Assembly (NCBI GenBank): GCA_964057225.1
Contig: OZ059899.1
Location: 6,262,001-6,326,000, forward strand
Length of the DNA: 64,000 nucleotides
Origin: Auanema rhodensis
Lineage: Eukaryota; Animalia; Nematoda
Reading direction: 5' to 3'
Below the pieces are notes generated by a model. It saw only the letters and a list, made by a program, of their open reading frames with translations. It had not been told where the DNA came from and did not search any database. The translations under genes and the position numbers were made by a program. Of the stretch, positions 1 through 15,000 are shown piece after piece; positions within the stretch are counted from its first letter, which is position 1; every line of letters begins with the position of its first letter.

Positions 1-199
1 GCTGTTTCAGTAAGACATCGACTTCCCTCAGCTGTGAACTAATAGCATTAGACCAATGTCCGCGTTTTGCCCTGGGCAGTTGCTTTGTGTTCAGTCAGCC
101 ATTTTATATGATGATGAAGCCATGGTGAATAGTGTGGCAGCTTTCAATAAGGTAGAATTGCGAATTATGTTATTCTTGGTCCTCTTCTTGGTTCTTAAC
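1..199 (-). other. Candidate 5'UTR exon of a minus-strand gene continuing beyond the left edge
   Basis: GC-richer block preceded on the minus strand by the acceptor ttccgtcag (ending at 200). All three frames contain stops, and there are several short ATG-stop uORFs. Confidence 0.3.
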
Positions 200-1620
200 C
201 TGACGGAAGAACAGAAAGATGAATGAATTAAGTCCAGAAGCCATCATCAGTTATTTTATGAAATTAAATGTCATTGTTCTGCCATCCAATATACATTTCT
301 TAGATAATCAGTAGTAAAAATAAAGAAAATAAGACTAATATCTAAAGAAATAACATGAATATACTATATGATATGAGGTTGGATGATTACAATAAGAAGC
401 AAAGAAACGTGTATTAGTCACTTTTCAACAAGGAAGATAAGATATTGGTAAGGATCAGTTTACAAGAATGATCAGTACTAGGCCATAGCAAAGTAATGTG
501 TCCAAGGAAAAGAGAAGGGGGCAAATCTGATAAACTAGAGACTCAGCTTCTTGTTCATTGACTTTACTTTAGAATTTGCACGTTAGGAGTTTAATATGTT
601 ATTCAAGCTGGAATCGTACTACTATTAAGCTTAAGAACCAAGTCCTTTTTATCTGTTCAACTAAAAGTTCATAACAACAACTGAGGGAGAAAGATATTAG
701 CAAAATTATTTCTTATCTCTATGTATATAATATTTAAAAAAAAATAAGAATATAAGGCTAAATTATAATATCAGCTTATACAGTTATATCTTTTTTTATT
801 TATAAATTATTAATATTATATTTTATAACTTATAAATATAAAAATATTCAAACTATTTCATCATTTTTCTACTTTTAATATTCATTTTCACAAATTCCCT
901 TTGATATTGTTGCAATAGATTTTCTTTATGTGTGAATAATTTTTTATGATTTTCATGCTCAAATTTTCAATTTGATTATATTCTGATGAAAACATTGTGA
1001 AAAATAATATTATATTAACCATATAAATAATAATTAACTTATCTTTGAAAATAATTGAAATAGTTAAATGAATTTCACGTGAAAAGTTCATTTTGTTGTA
1101 ATGGATAGTATTTGTGTTCAAGTTAAAGTAAGATGAAGTTTTTTAGAATTCTTGAAAACAGAGTGATAAATTTTCTTTTTTTTTCTTATAAATATATGTA
1201 TGATGAATAGATAAAGGTTAGTTAAGTATCAATAGCATAATATAAATAAAAGTTATTCTAAGATTTCCGGTATTCTGTATGTCCATTGTCCATAACTGCT
1301 TGACTCGTATCAAATGGACTTGTTTGCCAGATATCCAATTTCTTTCATTAGGTTTAAGCATTCAATATAAATAGTAAAAACAGTTCATTTACACATAGAT
1401 CATGAATAATGATCTTTGCCTTTACGAATGGGTCCGTTTACAAATATAAATTGTATGTATTATAAGCATGTGGATCAAGCTTTTTAATAAATTATAATAT
1501 CTATTTCTAATTAAATTTAATCTGTTGAGAGCTACTAAGTAAGAAAGAACAATAAAGATAATTAAGAGTAGAAAATGAGAGGAAGATAAGTAAGAGGGAA
1601 AGAATATAAGAAGACAAAGA

Positions 1621-1629
1621 AAGAGAGAA

Positions 1630-1697
<68 letters not shown>

Positions 1698-1708
1698 GAG
1701 AGAGAGAA
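1621..1708. repeat. (GA)n microsatellite
   Basis: Directly visible. It explains the poly-SL ORF at 1422-1757. Confidence 0.95.
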
Positions 1709-2873
1709 GAAAGATATTATTAAGTATTAATAGTTTAAGATACGGTAAGAAGAGCAAACGAGAATAACAGAAGGTGTGAAATACAATAAAAGAAAAGAAG
1801 AAAGGAAGAAGAATAGGATGTATAAAAGAGATAGTTGATAAACTAGATAAGTTATAAGCTTAACTAAAAAAAACTAAAGTTATATTCTTTATATGAAATA
1901 AGAAATAATTTCTAAAATATAGAATATGTATATATAAAGAAATGAATGATTAATATGGTTTTGAAAATGGTGGTAACAATATTCAGATTACTAATATTAT
2001 AGTTAGTATTCATATAACGTAACAATGGATAATTATTTTCTTCATCGGTCATCGATGAAAAAGGATAAAAGCCACATTTACATATCGTCAGAATGCTAAA
2101 AACGAATTGTTCAGATGTTTCAGATAATATATATATATATAAAGTACTAAAGAATATATTTATTCTATTTATAAAATATATTTAAAATAATTTTTCGTTT
2201 GTTTTATATGTTCTATATGATCTTATAAGTATATATTAATGATGAGAGATTTGATTTTTCTTTCTTTTCTGACTCAAAATATCAAATATCATGAGAAAAA
2301 TATTGTGGGAATTGGTAAATATTTGAAAAACAATGCCTAATGGCATCACAAAATTGGAGACCGACAGAAATAAGCTCAAAAATTTTGAATAACTGTACTA
2401 GGTAATACTCATAGATATGGGAATGGTAATTTAGATTAAACATCATATGGTTTTGCGAGAAAAAAAAAGTAATAGAATTTACAGAGTATAACTGTTGAAC
2501 AGAAAAAAAAGAGGAGATAGAGATTGTGGATAACAACTAGTTGGTCTTCGGATTATCATCATTTTACGATCCAGAGGAGCGAATCGGTGTTGCCAATGTT
2601 GAATGTTTTGTCGGCGAAGATAAATGCAGAATAAAGCATGAAGTTACAAATGAATAGAGGATATATAGAATAAAAATAATATAGAGGGAAAAAATAAAAG
2701 AAATTGATAACTGAAAAAGGGACTGTAATGACAAATATAGAATACGTTAGATAATAATAACTAGAAATAGATATATTATATTTAATATTAATTAGACAGG
2801 TCATGTAGATAAAGAAGAAATAGAAATACAGGCAAAAAACCAAGAATGGCAGTTTCGAATGGCAAATGCTTAC

Positions 2874-3070
2874 TTCTATGACACACAGCCTCTTACTTCC
2901 GACTTCTACAGATCGCTATCTTCAACTAATACATGAACAACTGGTTCCATTGCAGGCAACGACCCCTTTTCCATCTGAAGCAGAAGACACGATAAGCAAA
3001 TCGGCAAGTGGTGGGTGGACGATCGAGACTCGACTGTCAACGTTCACATGAAGAACGGAGTCAATCAAAT
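2874..3070 (-). other. Candidate non-coding 5' exon
   Basis: GC-richer island ending in a strong minus-strand donor GAA|gtaagc at 2874/2873. It contains the short ORF MEKGSLPAMEPVVHVLVEDSDL*. The 5' boundary is approximate. Confidence 0.3.
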
Positions 3071-3143
3071 CTTTTTATGAAGACTTCATAGAAGAGCGTT
3101 CAAAAAGGTAGAGTGATTGAGAAAGAGTGTGTGTGTAAAAGAG

Positions 3144-3145
<2 letters not shown>

Positions 3146-3210
<65 letters not shown>
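3146..3210. repeat. (GA)n microsatellite
   Basis: Directly visible. Confidence 0.95.
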
Positions 3211-3213
<3 letters not shown>

Positions 3214-4308
3214 TCTTGATAACATATAGCTATGATTTTGCCAAATTATTGATGTAACTGTCATTTTGCCATTATTTGATATATAGCTTAGGAAGGCTAT
3301 TTACGGTTTAAGCCAATCACTATGATATTAATCACATCTGCTTAATATTTAATTCTTTTCTTAATTTCTGTATTTAATTATCACAATTTAAATTTATTAA
3401 ATTTGGAATTATTAGTGATTAGGTTGAAGAGATATGGATAAGAAGAGCAGTGTATATAAAACTGCGGGAATATATGGTAAATAAGAGGGAAGGAAGAGAA
3501 AAAGAGAGAAAATGTGATATTTATATATAAATATATATAGATAGATTGATAGATTGAGAGAGAGAGAAGAAAAAGAGAGAATATAAAGAGAGAAAATATC
3601 GACATTTTGCTAAAAAGGTGTGTTAAGAAACCTGATGTTTTAAGTTGGGATAGCAAAGAAATCCTTTTAATCTTATATGTACATCAATAGTTTCATTCAG
3701 GCAAATAATATATTTTCAAATAATCGTCTTGTGAGAAAAGATGTTAAACAGCCTGTGGCTGTATGATTTTTTGATTAAATTTATCAAGAAAGGAAAAAGA
3801 AGATGATTGGTTTTATATCGTTATGAAAGATTTTTTTATGATTTTTTGTAAAGCTTTTATTGGCTTAGAGGTGTTATTCTAAAAATACAGTACTCATTTA
3901 CAATGTTGTGTTCATTTTAGATATCCAGAATCGAAAATTACTGTTTCACTCTGGAGCATTGTCGAATAATTTTAGTACGAAAATACCTGGTGCACTCATA
4001 AGGAAGTGAGAGAGACCAGACATTTTGCAAAAAAATTGAAAGAGAGAGAGAAAGAGCGAAAAAGAAGGTGACAGAGAAAAAACGAAAAAAGGAGAGATTG
4101 AGAGAGGGAGAGAGACATAAAAAGAAAAAGAAAAAGACGTAAGATGTGAGAACAAGAAAAAATGAGAGCGGAAAAGAAAATGGGAAAAAGAAGTTTTCGA
4201 ATAATAGTTAGAGCGGATGAGAGGGACATGTTTTTCTAATAACTGAATACGTGATTCGATGGCAAAGTATTTGCCCTTCACGGTAGAAAGGCTACCTACC
4301 GAATACTC

Positions 4309-4314
4309 TTTCTC

Positions 4315-4370
<56 letters not shown>

Positions 4371-4372
4371 TT
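4309..4372. repeat. (CT)n microsatellite
   Basis: Directly visible. Confidence 0.95.
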
Positions 4373-6200
4373 TCTTTCTTTTTTTTGCCGCAACTAACAC
4401 GATAATAAAATCTAGGAGCCATTTCTTTGGCGTCGTTGGCGGTATAGTTCGGCACCTCTATCGCTGTTACCGTTGTCTTCGCCGCGACCGGTTTCATCAT
4501 TCAGCCGTGATGTGTGTTTTGTCTGACGTGATGCTTCTTCATTCATCTCATCTATATATGAAGAAGCTGGATGGCTTTTTCTATGTCTCACTAAATTGAT
4601 GTGTCTTGTTTTCATCTGAATATGAACATTGCACTTAAGTTCAAACGTGCGTAAAAGTTGCAAGCATATGATGAATTGCCGGAGGCAACATCTTTGCAAT
4701 GTTTCATTTTTTAAGCAAAACCTTTAGAACCAATATAATACAATGAGTTGTATTAATTTCTTTAACCACGAAGAAAAGAAAACTAACGTCAAACGGTATA
4801 CATTTCATCGACAAAGAATCCAAAATTGAGAACATAGAAAAACATGAAACACAAGTATCAACTTGAAAATTTTTTAGAATGGAAACTTGAGTGCAGAGTC
4901 AATAACAAGAATGAATTCAAAATGAATACAGTCAAAATGCGAGGCATAGGATGGTTATAACACGCTTGAGGAGATTGGTGTTCTTTGAATTTGTCTTTTA
5001 AAACAGAAAAGAGCCAGCCGACAAAAGGGAAATACCGTTAATAGATAACTTTCATCTTGTCGTATAACAAACATAAAAATAAAATTTGTTTTTTCCTACT
5101 AAAGCTTAGGCTAAAAAAATTAATCGAAAGAAACATTTTGTTAAAATAAGTCATGAAGAAGCGAAAATCGTCAATATCAACTTTATGGCATAGGTTTAGA
5201 TGAAGTGATGCAGGGGGCTTTTTAGCATCACACTGAAAATACTCTGAAGGAGAAAGGAACCCAAATGTTTGAATTGAAAATAGATGTGAAATGAAACAGA
5301 TTGAACTGTTAAAAGGAACAACCAGTGATAAATTGCTATTAGTAATAATTCTTATAATATAATATTGAAATAAATAAAAAAATATATGAACTAATATAAT
5401 TTTAATAAAATTTAATATGTTATTTGTAAATAAAAATAAATAGCAACCGCATCACAAATATAAATATTTCAAAATGTTTAAAATTGTTAATCAGTTCACG
5501 TGTATGTTCACGTAATTAGAATGTAAAAACGGAGAAATTAACATCAAATTATCAACATCAAGTTATTGAATAGAAATAAAATATAAAAATAAGTAATAGA
5601 GAGCATTTTAAGTAACTAATTATATTTTTAATGATGATGAGCTTATTTATTTCTAGTTTATTCTACTCTCCTTTTCCCTCTAACTCTCTTTCTTTCACTA
5701 TCTCTGTCTATTTTCTCTTGCAATTTTCGAAGGTTAAAAAATAATTTACAAGCATTGTAAGAAGGAAGCAAATCATCAAGTTACTTGATCTAATCACTTA
5801 ATGTACAATCTATGTATGTTTAGGTAGTGTTCTTTCTTTTTCTCTCTTTCTCTCTCTTTCTCTTTCTTTCCCTCTTTTTCTCTCTCTCTTTCTCTTCCTT
5901 TCTCACACTTTTTTATTTTTAACAATGTCCTTACATAGATGCATAGAACATGTATAGAACATACATACTTTCAGCTTCTCCTTTCAAGCTCTTATCATAT
6001 ATTTCAATTTCTTTTTTTTCTTTATTCAGTTTGTTTGTATTTTTTCACAAAATCAAATGTGAGAAAACTAAAACCACATTGCCAATATGATTTTAATTTC
6101 TTTTTCACTCAGCTCTCTATGAAAATGATTCAACAAATCACGAGAACGATGAATAAAGAAGTCGCAAAAAAAAAAGAAAACATAAGAAGTAAAAGAAAGA

Positions 6201-6206
<6 letters not shown>

Positions 6207-6252
<46 letters not shown>
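6207..6252. repeat. (TA)n microsatellite
   Basis: Directly visible. Confidence 0.95.
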
Positions 6253-6256
<4 letters not shown>

Positions 6257-8012
6257 TGTTTATAAGTTAATATTTTAAATTCAAAAATAATCGTAAATAT
6301 AAGATGATAATTCTCTGAAAATCAATACAATTTGTCTGGAACATTAACGAAAGGAATGATTTAGTTCCATGATTTTTAAAAGTATTGGAAGCGACTAAGA
6401 AAGAACAATGATATTGGTTTTTTCAATGATAAAATGATAATTGTGATAACAGGTATAGTTAGATAGCTTAGTTCGTTTATCATAGTTGATAAGAACATTT
6501 GAAAGTTTTTAAGATATGTGATGTGCCATTTACAAGGATTGGCTGTTCAAAAAAGAAATGCTGATATGATCCTGTTGAAGAAATGCTTTATCATACATGT
6601 TCTATATAACAATTAGAATAATCCTAGGGTTTTCAAGTGCTATTGTCAGAAACATTGGTAGAACAATGAATTAATGTTTCTAACTGCTTTCAAGGTTCTA
6701 GCACTAGGAATGAATAGGTTGTTGGGCTAACTCAGAAGTGACTGTAGAAGTTGATGAACGAACTTCCGATAGAGAGCGCATAAAGTTGATCAGCGTTGCT
6801 TGAAACTGGAAAATGAAATTTCTAAAGATAATTGAATCGGGTCTTGAAACGAAATCTATAACCCATTTGAATGAAGTTGAATATTATTGATCAGTATAAG
6901 ATGTTTAAGAGAATTATAACAAAAATTATAATTTTCTATTTAGTTCACAATAACATCGATAATGATGGTAACGACGACGATAGGAATTTCATCCAACCGT
7001 GATAGGTTAGGCAGGAATTTTGGGCTGAATTTGCCATATACAAAGATTCTCAAAAGCAATTTTGATTTTGAAAAAAAAAGTTATTCAACCATGTAGAGGA
7101 CAAAATGACAGAATGATGTGCTGTTGATTGACTATATGCCCTAGATAGTTTTAGCTGGAGTATAAATTCAAACATCATCCAAGTTTAAATTGTATGATCT
7201 ACCGTATCTGAGGTGATCTTTCTCTATCGAACTGAATTGTATCGCTTAAACTCTATTTAAATATTTAATGACTGATTTGACTCTATATTATATGTTTTAT
7301 ACGTTAATACTAGTTATGTAGAAAGACAAGCAAGACATTTGAAGTGCAGAATCATCAAATGACACATGAGGAAAAACTAGAAGTTTCATTATCGTGGGCT
7401 ACTATGTATGGCCACAACGACAATCACGTTCACAAGCTCTGGCAATCTGTCCATCTATTTGACAGACGAATTGTATACAAAGTACGATGTTGATGAAGAT
7501 GATGGCGATGTCCTTAGTACTGAACTAGGAGGAGATTGTAAGAGAGATGATTGAACTGTACTTTAGCTATACGATAGACATAGATGTCACTCATCTATTT
7601 ATTCTTTCAAACTACCATAATTTTGCTGAGATTTCAAGGTAATCAGCCATAAAGACCTACAAAGAAATTAAATAAGGTTAAGCTGAAAGATAACTAATAA
7701 TAATATAATATATTACCTTATTATATGATATTCATATATACGCATATAGTCAAGTTTTTATAAAATTAACTTGTCATCAATTCGAATTGATTTTACAACA
7801 TATGTATGTAGTTGTTATCCAGTTATATATAATACGTTTGAGGAAATTTGAATTTTTTAGAACAGGCATATGATCTAATGAGAAAATGTGAGATTCGACC
7901 TCCAAATCTACCTGGAAATAAACAACAATCACGTCATATACCTCTAACTAACAATTATTGTTGGAACATATTCAACAACATGATTTGGACCTTTCTATAA
8001 TCAATCCTAATT

Positions 8013-8013
8013 T

Positions 8014-8050
<37 letters not shown>

Positions 8051-8064
8051 TTCTCTCTCTCTCT
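8013..8064. repeat. (CT)n microsatellite, imperfect
   Basis: Directly visible. Confidence 0.9.
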
Positions 8065-8955
8065 GTCTTTTCCACTCTTTTTCTCTTTTTCTTTCTTTTA
8101 TTCTATCATCTATCTACTCCTTTTCCCTTGCATTCTTTTCCATTATCTATAACCTAGTCCCATTTCACTTTCTCTCTCCATATCTCTTTCCCTCTTTTTC
8201 TTTCTTTTTCCGATGTTCTTTCTGATTATACAAAAAGGATAAATTTTCTACCATAAGGGACTGACTAATACTAAATATAACTAGAAAACATTGAATAAGA
8301 GCAAGAGAGAAAGACGGTGAAAAAGAACTTTTGTTGCATGATTTTCTTGTTATTCAGTTTATTTCATAAGCTATTTCAATTTTCTATTTTCTTTTTTCAT
8401 TGAATGTACATGAAATATTTTTTTTTTTGAAACGTCTTCTAATTACGAAGGATTTAGCTGTTACATTGACTTTCTTACAAAGAAATAGAGCAACAAGCTA
8501 TCGAAATATCGTTACTAAAATCGTCAGGTGTGTCCTTGTCAAATCGGATCAGAAGAAAGTGAGTAGGAATCAGTTGCCAATCTATTGACCGATGTCTGAA
8601 CATGAAAAGTTGTTTTTTTAGAAACAAAAATTGTGTAAAAAAAAGGAGATCATCTTAAAAAACTTTGAGGTTCAAGAAAAAGCTTTTGAAAAATAAATTT
8701 TGATCTAAGTTTATGAGTTAAATCATTAATAGTTATAGAACATATTGTTTTTCTGGTCTTGCGCTTATCATCATTAAAACTGTGTGTATTAGATCTAATT
8801 AAAACGGATCCAATTAGAAAATTATATTAGAGAAGTACGAAGGTGAACAAATGAATAAAGAAAAATACGAGCATTTGTATGATAGAGAGTGTTAGAGATA
8901 GAAAGAGGTGAACGAATTAGAAGAGAAGAAGAGGCATCCAAATGAATAGATAGAA

Positions 8956-8960
<5 letters not shown>

Positions 8961-9029
<69 letters not shown>
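8961..9029. repeat. (GA)n microsatellite
   Basis: Directly visible. Confidence 0.95.
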
Positions 9030-9030
<1 letters not shown>

Positions 9031-12000
9031 ATGAGATAATGAAGTGATTGGGTAGCAGTTTACGAGCTCATAAAGGCAAATCCATGGCTATTAGAGATCG
9101 GTAAAGAGTAAGATAGACTATTACAGAGTTATAATCCATATATATATATGGATTACTGTTGAATATGTTTGAAAGATATATGTCTAGCTAAACATATTTA
9201 GATTTTAGCTCATTTCGTTTACATTACCTGACACATTCATACATATGGACATCGAGAAATAGATTGAGAACGAGCTTCCACAATTCTCAACAAACAGCCT
9301 GATTTTGTGAAATTTGAGAAAACGAAAACAGAAAACTGAATTGAAAACCGGAGAGAGAATTTTAAGCTAAAAAATACTGTTGGCAACACAAAGCCGACAT
9401 AGCCGGTGGTCTGGATCCGATTCTATTTCCAAATCGCATAGAGTAAGTAGTCAGTCACTAAGAGCCAAAGCCCATTTCTTGAATCTCGTCGTTTTTTTTT
9501 TGTGAAAATAAGGCAAGCCAGCATCGCAGGAAGTTCATAAAATTCAAAAATTTCGTAAATTGTAAAACGGATTTCAAAGTACACTTTTTTTGCAATCCAA
9601 TACTTTCATTTTTGTGAACTAACAGGGAGGGGTTGTGGAATATTCGTTATAAAGTTCAATTGAATAGCACATGAAAGTTACATATTTTTCTTTTATACTA
9701 AAAAAATTTTTATTGAAGAAAATGAAAATAATATATTTTAATTTAATAAGTAACATCCTACAGTTTATACTATATGAACATAGCGAAAATAGTATAGTTA
9801 AAACAATTTTTTTCCCACGAACTGTCATGAAATTATTGAAAAAATTTCAAAATAAAGTTTCTAGAAATTTTGACTAAGTTCTTGAGAATTGAAGAAAAAG
9901 AGCACAGAATGTTCAGAAAAACCATTGAAAAAAGAATGAAGGGGAGATTATTCTAATAGAAAATAGAAATAGCCTTGAGGTTTTGAATCGAGAAATGGAA
10001 TAAAAAGAGGGAATAGAAAAGAAATCGAGAATAAAGAACACGTTTTCAAATTGGGGAAACCCCCCCCCCCCTTCCTTCTCTTTATTTTCTGTCTCTCACT
10101 CTCTTTAAACGTTAAAAGTTTCCCTCTATTTCGTTGCCTTTCTCTACCATCGTTGTTAATCACTTGCTTCGCTTCTTCCATTAAATTGAAGTAGAAATAG
10201 TAGAAAATGATATGTGGAAAGATTAGAAACAGAGTAGTATTTGAATTTTCAATAGTTTTATTCATAATATTCAATAAGAGTATTGTTTAGTTCTTTTATA
10301 TAAATTATTTCAAGGATTTATTGAAAAATCGTAAATTTTCTTTTTCTTTCTCATCAAATGCAATACAATCTTACAATGAAGCAAATAAAGTATTTAAATA
10401 ACTTAAATTGGGAAAAGTGGTCATTTCATCTTTTGCTTCTAATTCTTTTTATATCTATTTATATATATATAAATAGATAGATAGATCTGTATATATATAT
10501 ATATGTTTAATCATTATTATTTTTGAATGATTTTATGTATAAATCAAATAGTTGTTCTACGTAAGGGATTAGCTAATAACTGATGTATAACGGCTTTCCC
10601 AATGTATACCAATATTCATTTTTCTCTCAGATTTCTTTACTCTTTCACGAGCATTGGGAAAAATTTAGCTGATCAAACATCGACTTTCATTCTCATCGAG
10701 CAGATATTAACTTTATTTGGGCCAACCTAATTAGCATAATCGTTTAAGTATCAAAATTTATTTTGAATCATCTCTTTGTGTTACACCGATTTAAATTATA
10801 AATTATACAAGAACACCTGAAAATTGATTGTACTAAACAGAATGACCAATGTGTGTTGTATCTTTATATTTTATAAAAGAAGAAGGGGGGTATATTATTT
10901 TTGTTTTCAATATTATATAAATACCAATTTAAAAGATTTAGGTGAAATATGATTTTTAACCTTAAACCATCGTACCACTATAACTGGACAGCCTTAGAAT
11001 ATAAGAGAAAATGCGTAGAGAAGTTTATAAAGAGAAGGAGGGACAGGAGCGAAGACGACATATTGAATTGAATAATAGAAAGAAGTGGAACCTATGATTG
11101 GTATAAAGGCAAAACTTGTTGAAGTTTAAGTTGTTTCATAAGTATGTTGCTGTGATAAATCTAGAGAAAAGGAGCAAAGTTAAAGACGTAATACTAATGC
11201 TTGCTGAGACTCAAAACGGTTTAACAAACAAAATCTTTCAGAAATAAAGATTGAAATGAGAGAGCATATTGATGGCATCGATGAAGATTAAAAGAAATGG
11301 TTATGAAAACATTTTAGATCATATTCAAACATATTTAATATATCTGTAATTAGATGGAAAAATGAATAAAAAGAGCTGGGAAACCTTCAAAAGGAGGATA
11401 GAATAAACTTAAGTAAATTCTATAGCATTTGTGATGATAATTTTATTATTTACTTTACTAATTGAGTTATACTTATCAAGAATTATGTGAAAATAGAAGT
11501 AATTGTTTTGAAAACAGTGTAAAATTACCATAACATAAAAATAGCTTCCCTTTAAATTGCTTTTTGAAATAAAATAATTATATTATATCATATACTTAAT
11601 TTACATTTGTTCAATGATTTTGAATACAACTTATCTAAATGTTCAAAACAATTAGAAATGAATGTTATTGATAATAATAAGAAAATAATTCAAATTGATG
11701 CCGAAACTAATGAATACAACCGCTTATGAGTTACAAATAAATAAAATTAATAATTATCAAAGTATAGGCGTGAAACAAACGTGAAGTTCTATTGTTTTGT
11801 AAAAATTCTATATATATACATACGTATGTATATATAAAAATGATACTTAAATATAAAATAATTCTCGGTTATCATTTTCTAAATTTACCACATTTTTACT
11901 TAAAATCCTCAGAAGTGCAAATCAAAAATAAGGAATTTGGAAAGAAATTATGACAGTGCATAAGCTCTAAAAGATTAAGAAAATCTATTATTAATTTAAT

Positions 12001-15000
12001 TTTTTTTCTTTGAAATGCGATGCTAGAAAAGATCATATTTGATATGTGATGTTTCTGCCACAAATCTTTTTTATCAATTCTGAGTCATGTGCATTAACCG
12101 GAATGACCTAATTGATATAAGGAATAAAAAAGATTTATGACTTGTTGGAGGAATGTTTATAATCAATTTTATAGATATTCATACATATATTATGCATGAT
12201 CTTCTAATAAACGAAAATCCAAAAGAAGCGGGTGGTCTGATTACGAGAAGAACAGTTGTTAACAATTCAAACTAGCCGATTAATTGCCAGTACTCGGAGA
12301 TTAGGCGGCACAAGATCAGAGAAAAGCTCAAGATTTATGCAGTGAATTTAAGCTTATAGTAATGGCAGTCTGAGACACAAATAATTGCAAGCGTAGTGAT
12401 ATTAAAGACAAGAACAAGAAAGAAATTGAAGTGAGGGATGAAGTTTGAAGAATATTCTAGAAATTAGTAAATAACATATGTTATTAGAATTAATTAATAA
12501 GCTAGAAATTAATTGAACTGATAAAACTATGAAACAAAAGTGAAACAGCAGTTTAACTTCTGTTTAATTATGAATTTATGAGTCGAAGAATAAAATATGA
12601 TTGATAACAAGTTTCAAGTTAATAGTTAATCTAAGAAACTAATAATAGAACATATTAATAGAATCATTCTTCTAAAAATCGTTTAAATAGACTAATAAGA
12701 AAAATATTGTTGATAATGATTATGATAGTAATTTAAAAGAAAATGATGATGATGGTGCGATGTTGAATTCGTGAAATAATATAACAACACCTGTCTAAAA
12801 ATATTAAACAACATGAAAAATAGATGGAAAAACGTAAAAAAAAAAACAGAAATCATATATATACTATATGATATATGTTATATATTATATGTTACATTAC
12901 TTTTATGAAAAGTATATTCATATATTAATAGTTAGTGCTCCAAAAGCTATTGTATATTTCTGTTTTCAATATATTATTACAATTTTTGTTGTTTAATTTA
13001 TGACTAATAAGTTTTTTTGTTTTTTTGAACTAAAATTGTTTCAATTTTATCTTGTAGCTAAAATATATGAGATTGAACTCTATAACTCTTTAACCTAAAA
13101 AAAGAAATTAAATAACCCAGAAAAACTGATAAAAGCAGTTAATATTCAGGTCTAATTTTCTATGATGAATAAATGATAAGTAAATCTAATCGTTAGGTTC
13201 TGATGAAATAATTGATAAAGAAGAAGGAGATTGAAAAAGATTGAAAAAGAAAAAAAGAATGTTTGAATGAAGAATAAAAGACATTGATAGATGTGCAATA
13301 AAATCGAGAGGAAGTGGTATTACTTATTGTGAATACAAATATGAAAACTGTAATCGTTGTTTTCAATCAGAACAGCTGCTGTCAGTCTGTCATCCAAAAA
13401 CATTTGCCAGATATGCGTCGTACAAGAATTTTAAAGATGTTTTAATGGTCATGATAAGTTGCGGTTATGATCTGCTTATGTTCGGTATCAGATGTGCAAG
13501 TTCTCAAGATAATATATCGAAAAAAATTTATATTCCGAGTCAACACGACGCGAAAAAAATCATTGAGAGAGCTTACTTGCTGATCATCTTCCATACTTAA
13601 CTGGCATTTTAACATCATGTAGTTTGCCGTTTACCTCATAAAAATAAAAATGATTGACATATGATGGAAAAACAAATGTTTCCAACAGGACAAAGTATCT
13701 TAGACAATAAACTTAAAATTTTAAGGAAGGGATTAACGGACCAGCTACCAAAAAAAGTTTTTTCAAAGATTTCAAATGGTCCATGAGCACGAAAGCATTT
13801 TTTGTTTCATTCGATAGCTAAATGAAATATAAATAAAACAAATAGAGATATAGACCAAAAGCTGAAAGCATAAGAATGTCAATGTTTGAAAAACTTTTAA
13901 ACGTTTAGGCAGCCGTATTCATTAGAAAAGGACAGAAAATAATGAAAAACCTCTAAAACAATTCATAATGAACTTATGAACATATACATATATCATCTCT
14001 TTTGTATTCCATTTTTGAGTTTAACAAGAGATTATACATAGTTTGTACATGTGTATGTTTGTCATGAATTGCAATCAAGTATGAGAAACATAATGACAAG
14101 AACTTTTTCATATGTTCAGTTATGATGGTTTTATGATTCTCAAAACTTTCTTATACCATCACATGTTTGTGGAGAGGCGAACAGAACAAGGAAAGAGTAC
14201 GGAGAAACCTGAAAAGTGCATTTCTCAGTCATTTTTTAGTTTTGCGCATCCACGCCATATCGAGAAATCACGTGTGGCTTTGTCTGATTCAAGGTCATTT
14301 CGAACCTAGACGTTTGCAGGGCATTAGCTCTCAATGTCACCCTGCACCGAAATCATTCTCATCATAGTCTTTTGCACAATACACATGCTATAAGCTCGAT
14401 TTTTAGCCATTGAATAACCCATTTATTTGATAAATTTCTTTATTTTTTAAAGGTTATATGCAAAAAATAAATTGTTATTTTGCAAAAGAATATTGCGGAA
14501 ATGGAAATAAATCTGAACTGTTTTTAGTTCATGCAGAATTGTTGCTTTTTTCCAAAGAAAACCAAACATGAAATTCACAATACAACTTGCAGATTAGCGA
14601 CTTAATGAGTAAAACATCAAAATGTGATAACGTGTTATATTATGAAAATCTCAATGTTTTTGCACTTTTATGAATGAAAAATGAATGATCACTGCCATAT
14701 TGTCGTTTTTGAATGTCAAATATTCTTGACAACGTGTGTATGCGTTTGTGAATAATGAAGGTGGATGACATCATGTAAGTATCCTCGTGGCATCATCCGG
14801 AAGCTCGTAAACGCTGATGAGTTGAACAGATTCTGGCGACAGTCCGACGTGGTGATGTCAACCGGAATGACAAATGTTGCTTTGTGTGAATCAATGACCT
14901 AAACACAAAAACAAAATTCCCTACCGTATTAGCTAGCCAATCTCACAATAGCTCAACATCATTTATCAAATCCATTTGGCATTGTCGTTCAATTGAAAGA

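Noticed and set aside
374-395. TGAGGTTGGATGATTACAAT resembling let-7
   Set aside because: The seed is mismatched (GAGGTT) and there is no convincing precursor hairpin.
14315-14346. Small hairpin TGCAGGG...CCCTGCA
   Set aside because: The stem is too short for a pre-miRNA and there is no other support.
888-14367. Many 60-110 aa ORFs in the left region
   Set aside because: They are translations of microsatellite or AT-rich DNA (poly-SL, poly-YI, Phe/Ile-rich) with no splice-consistent gene structure.
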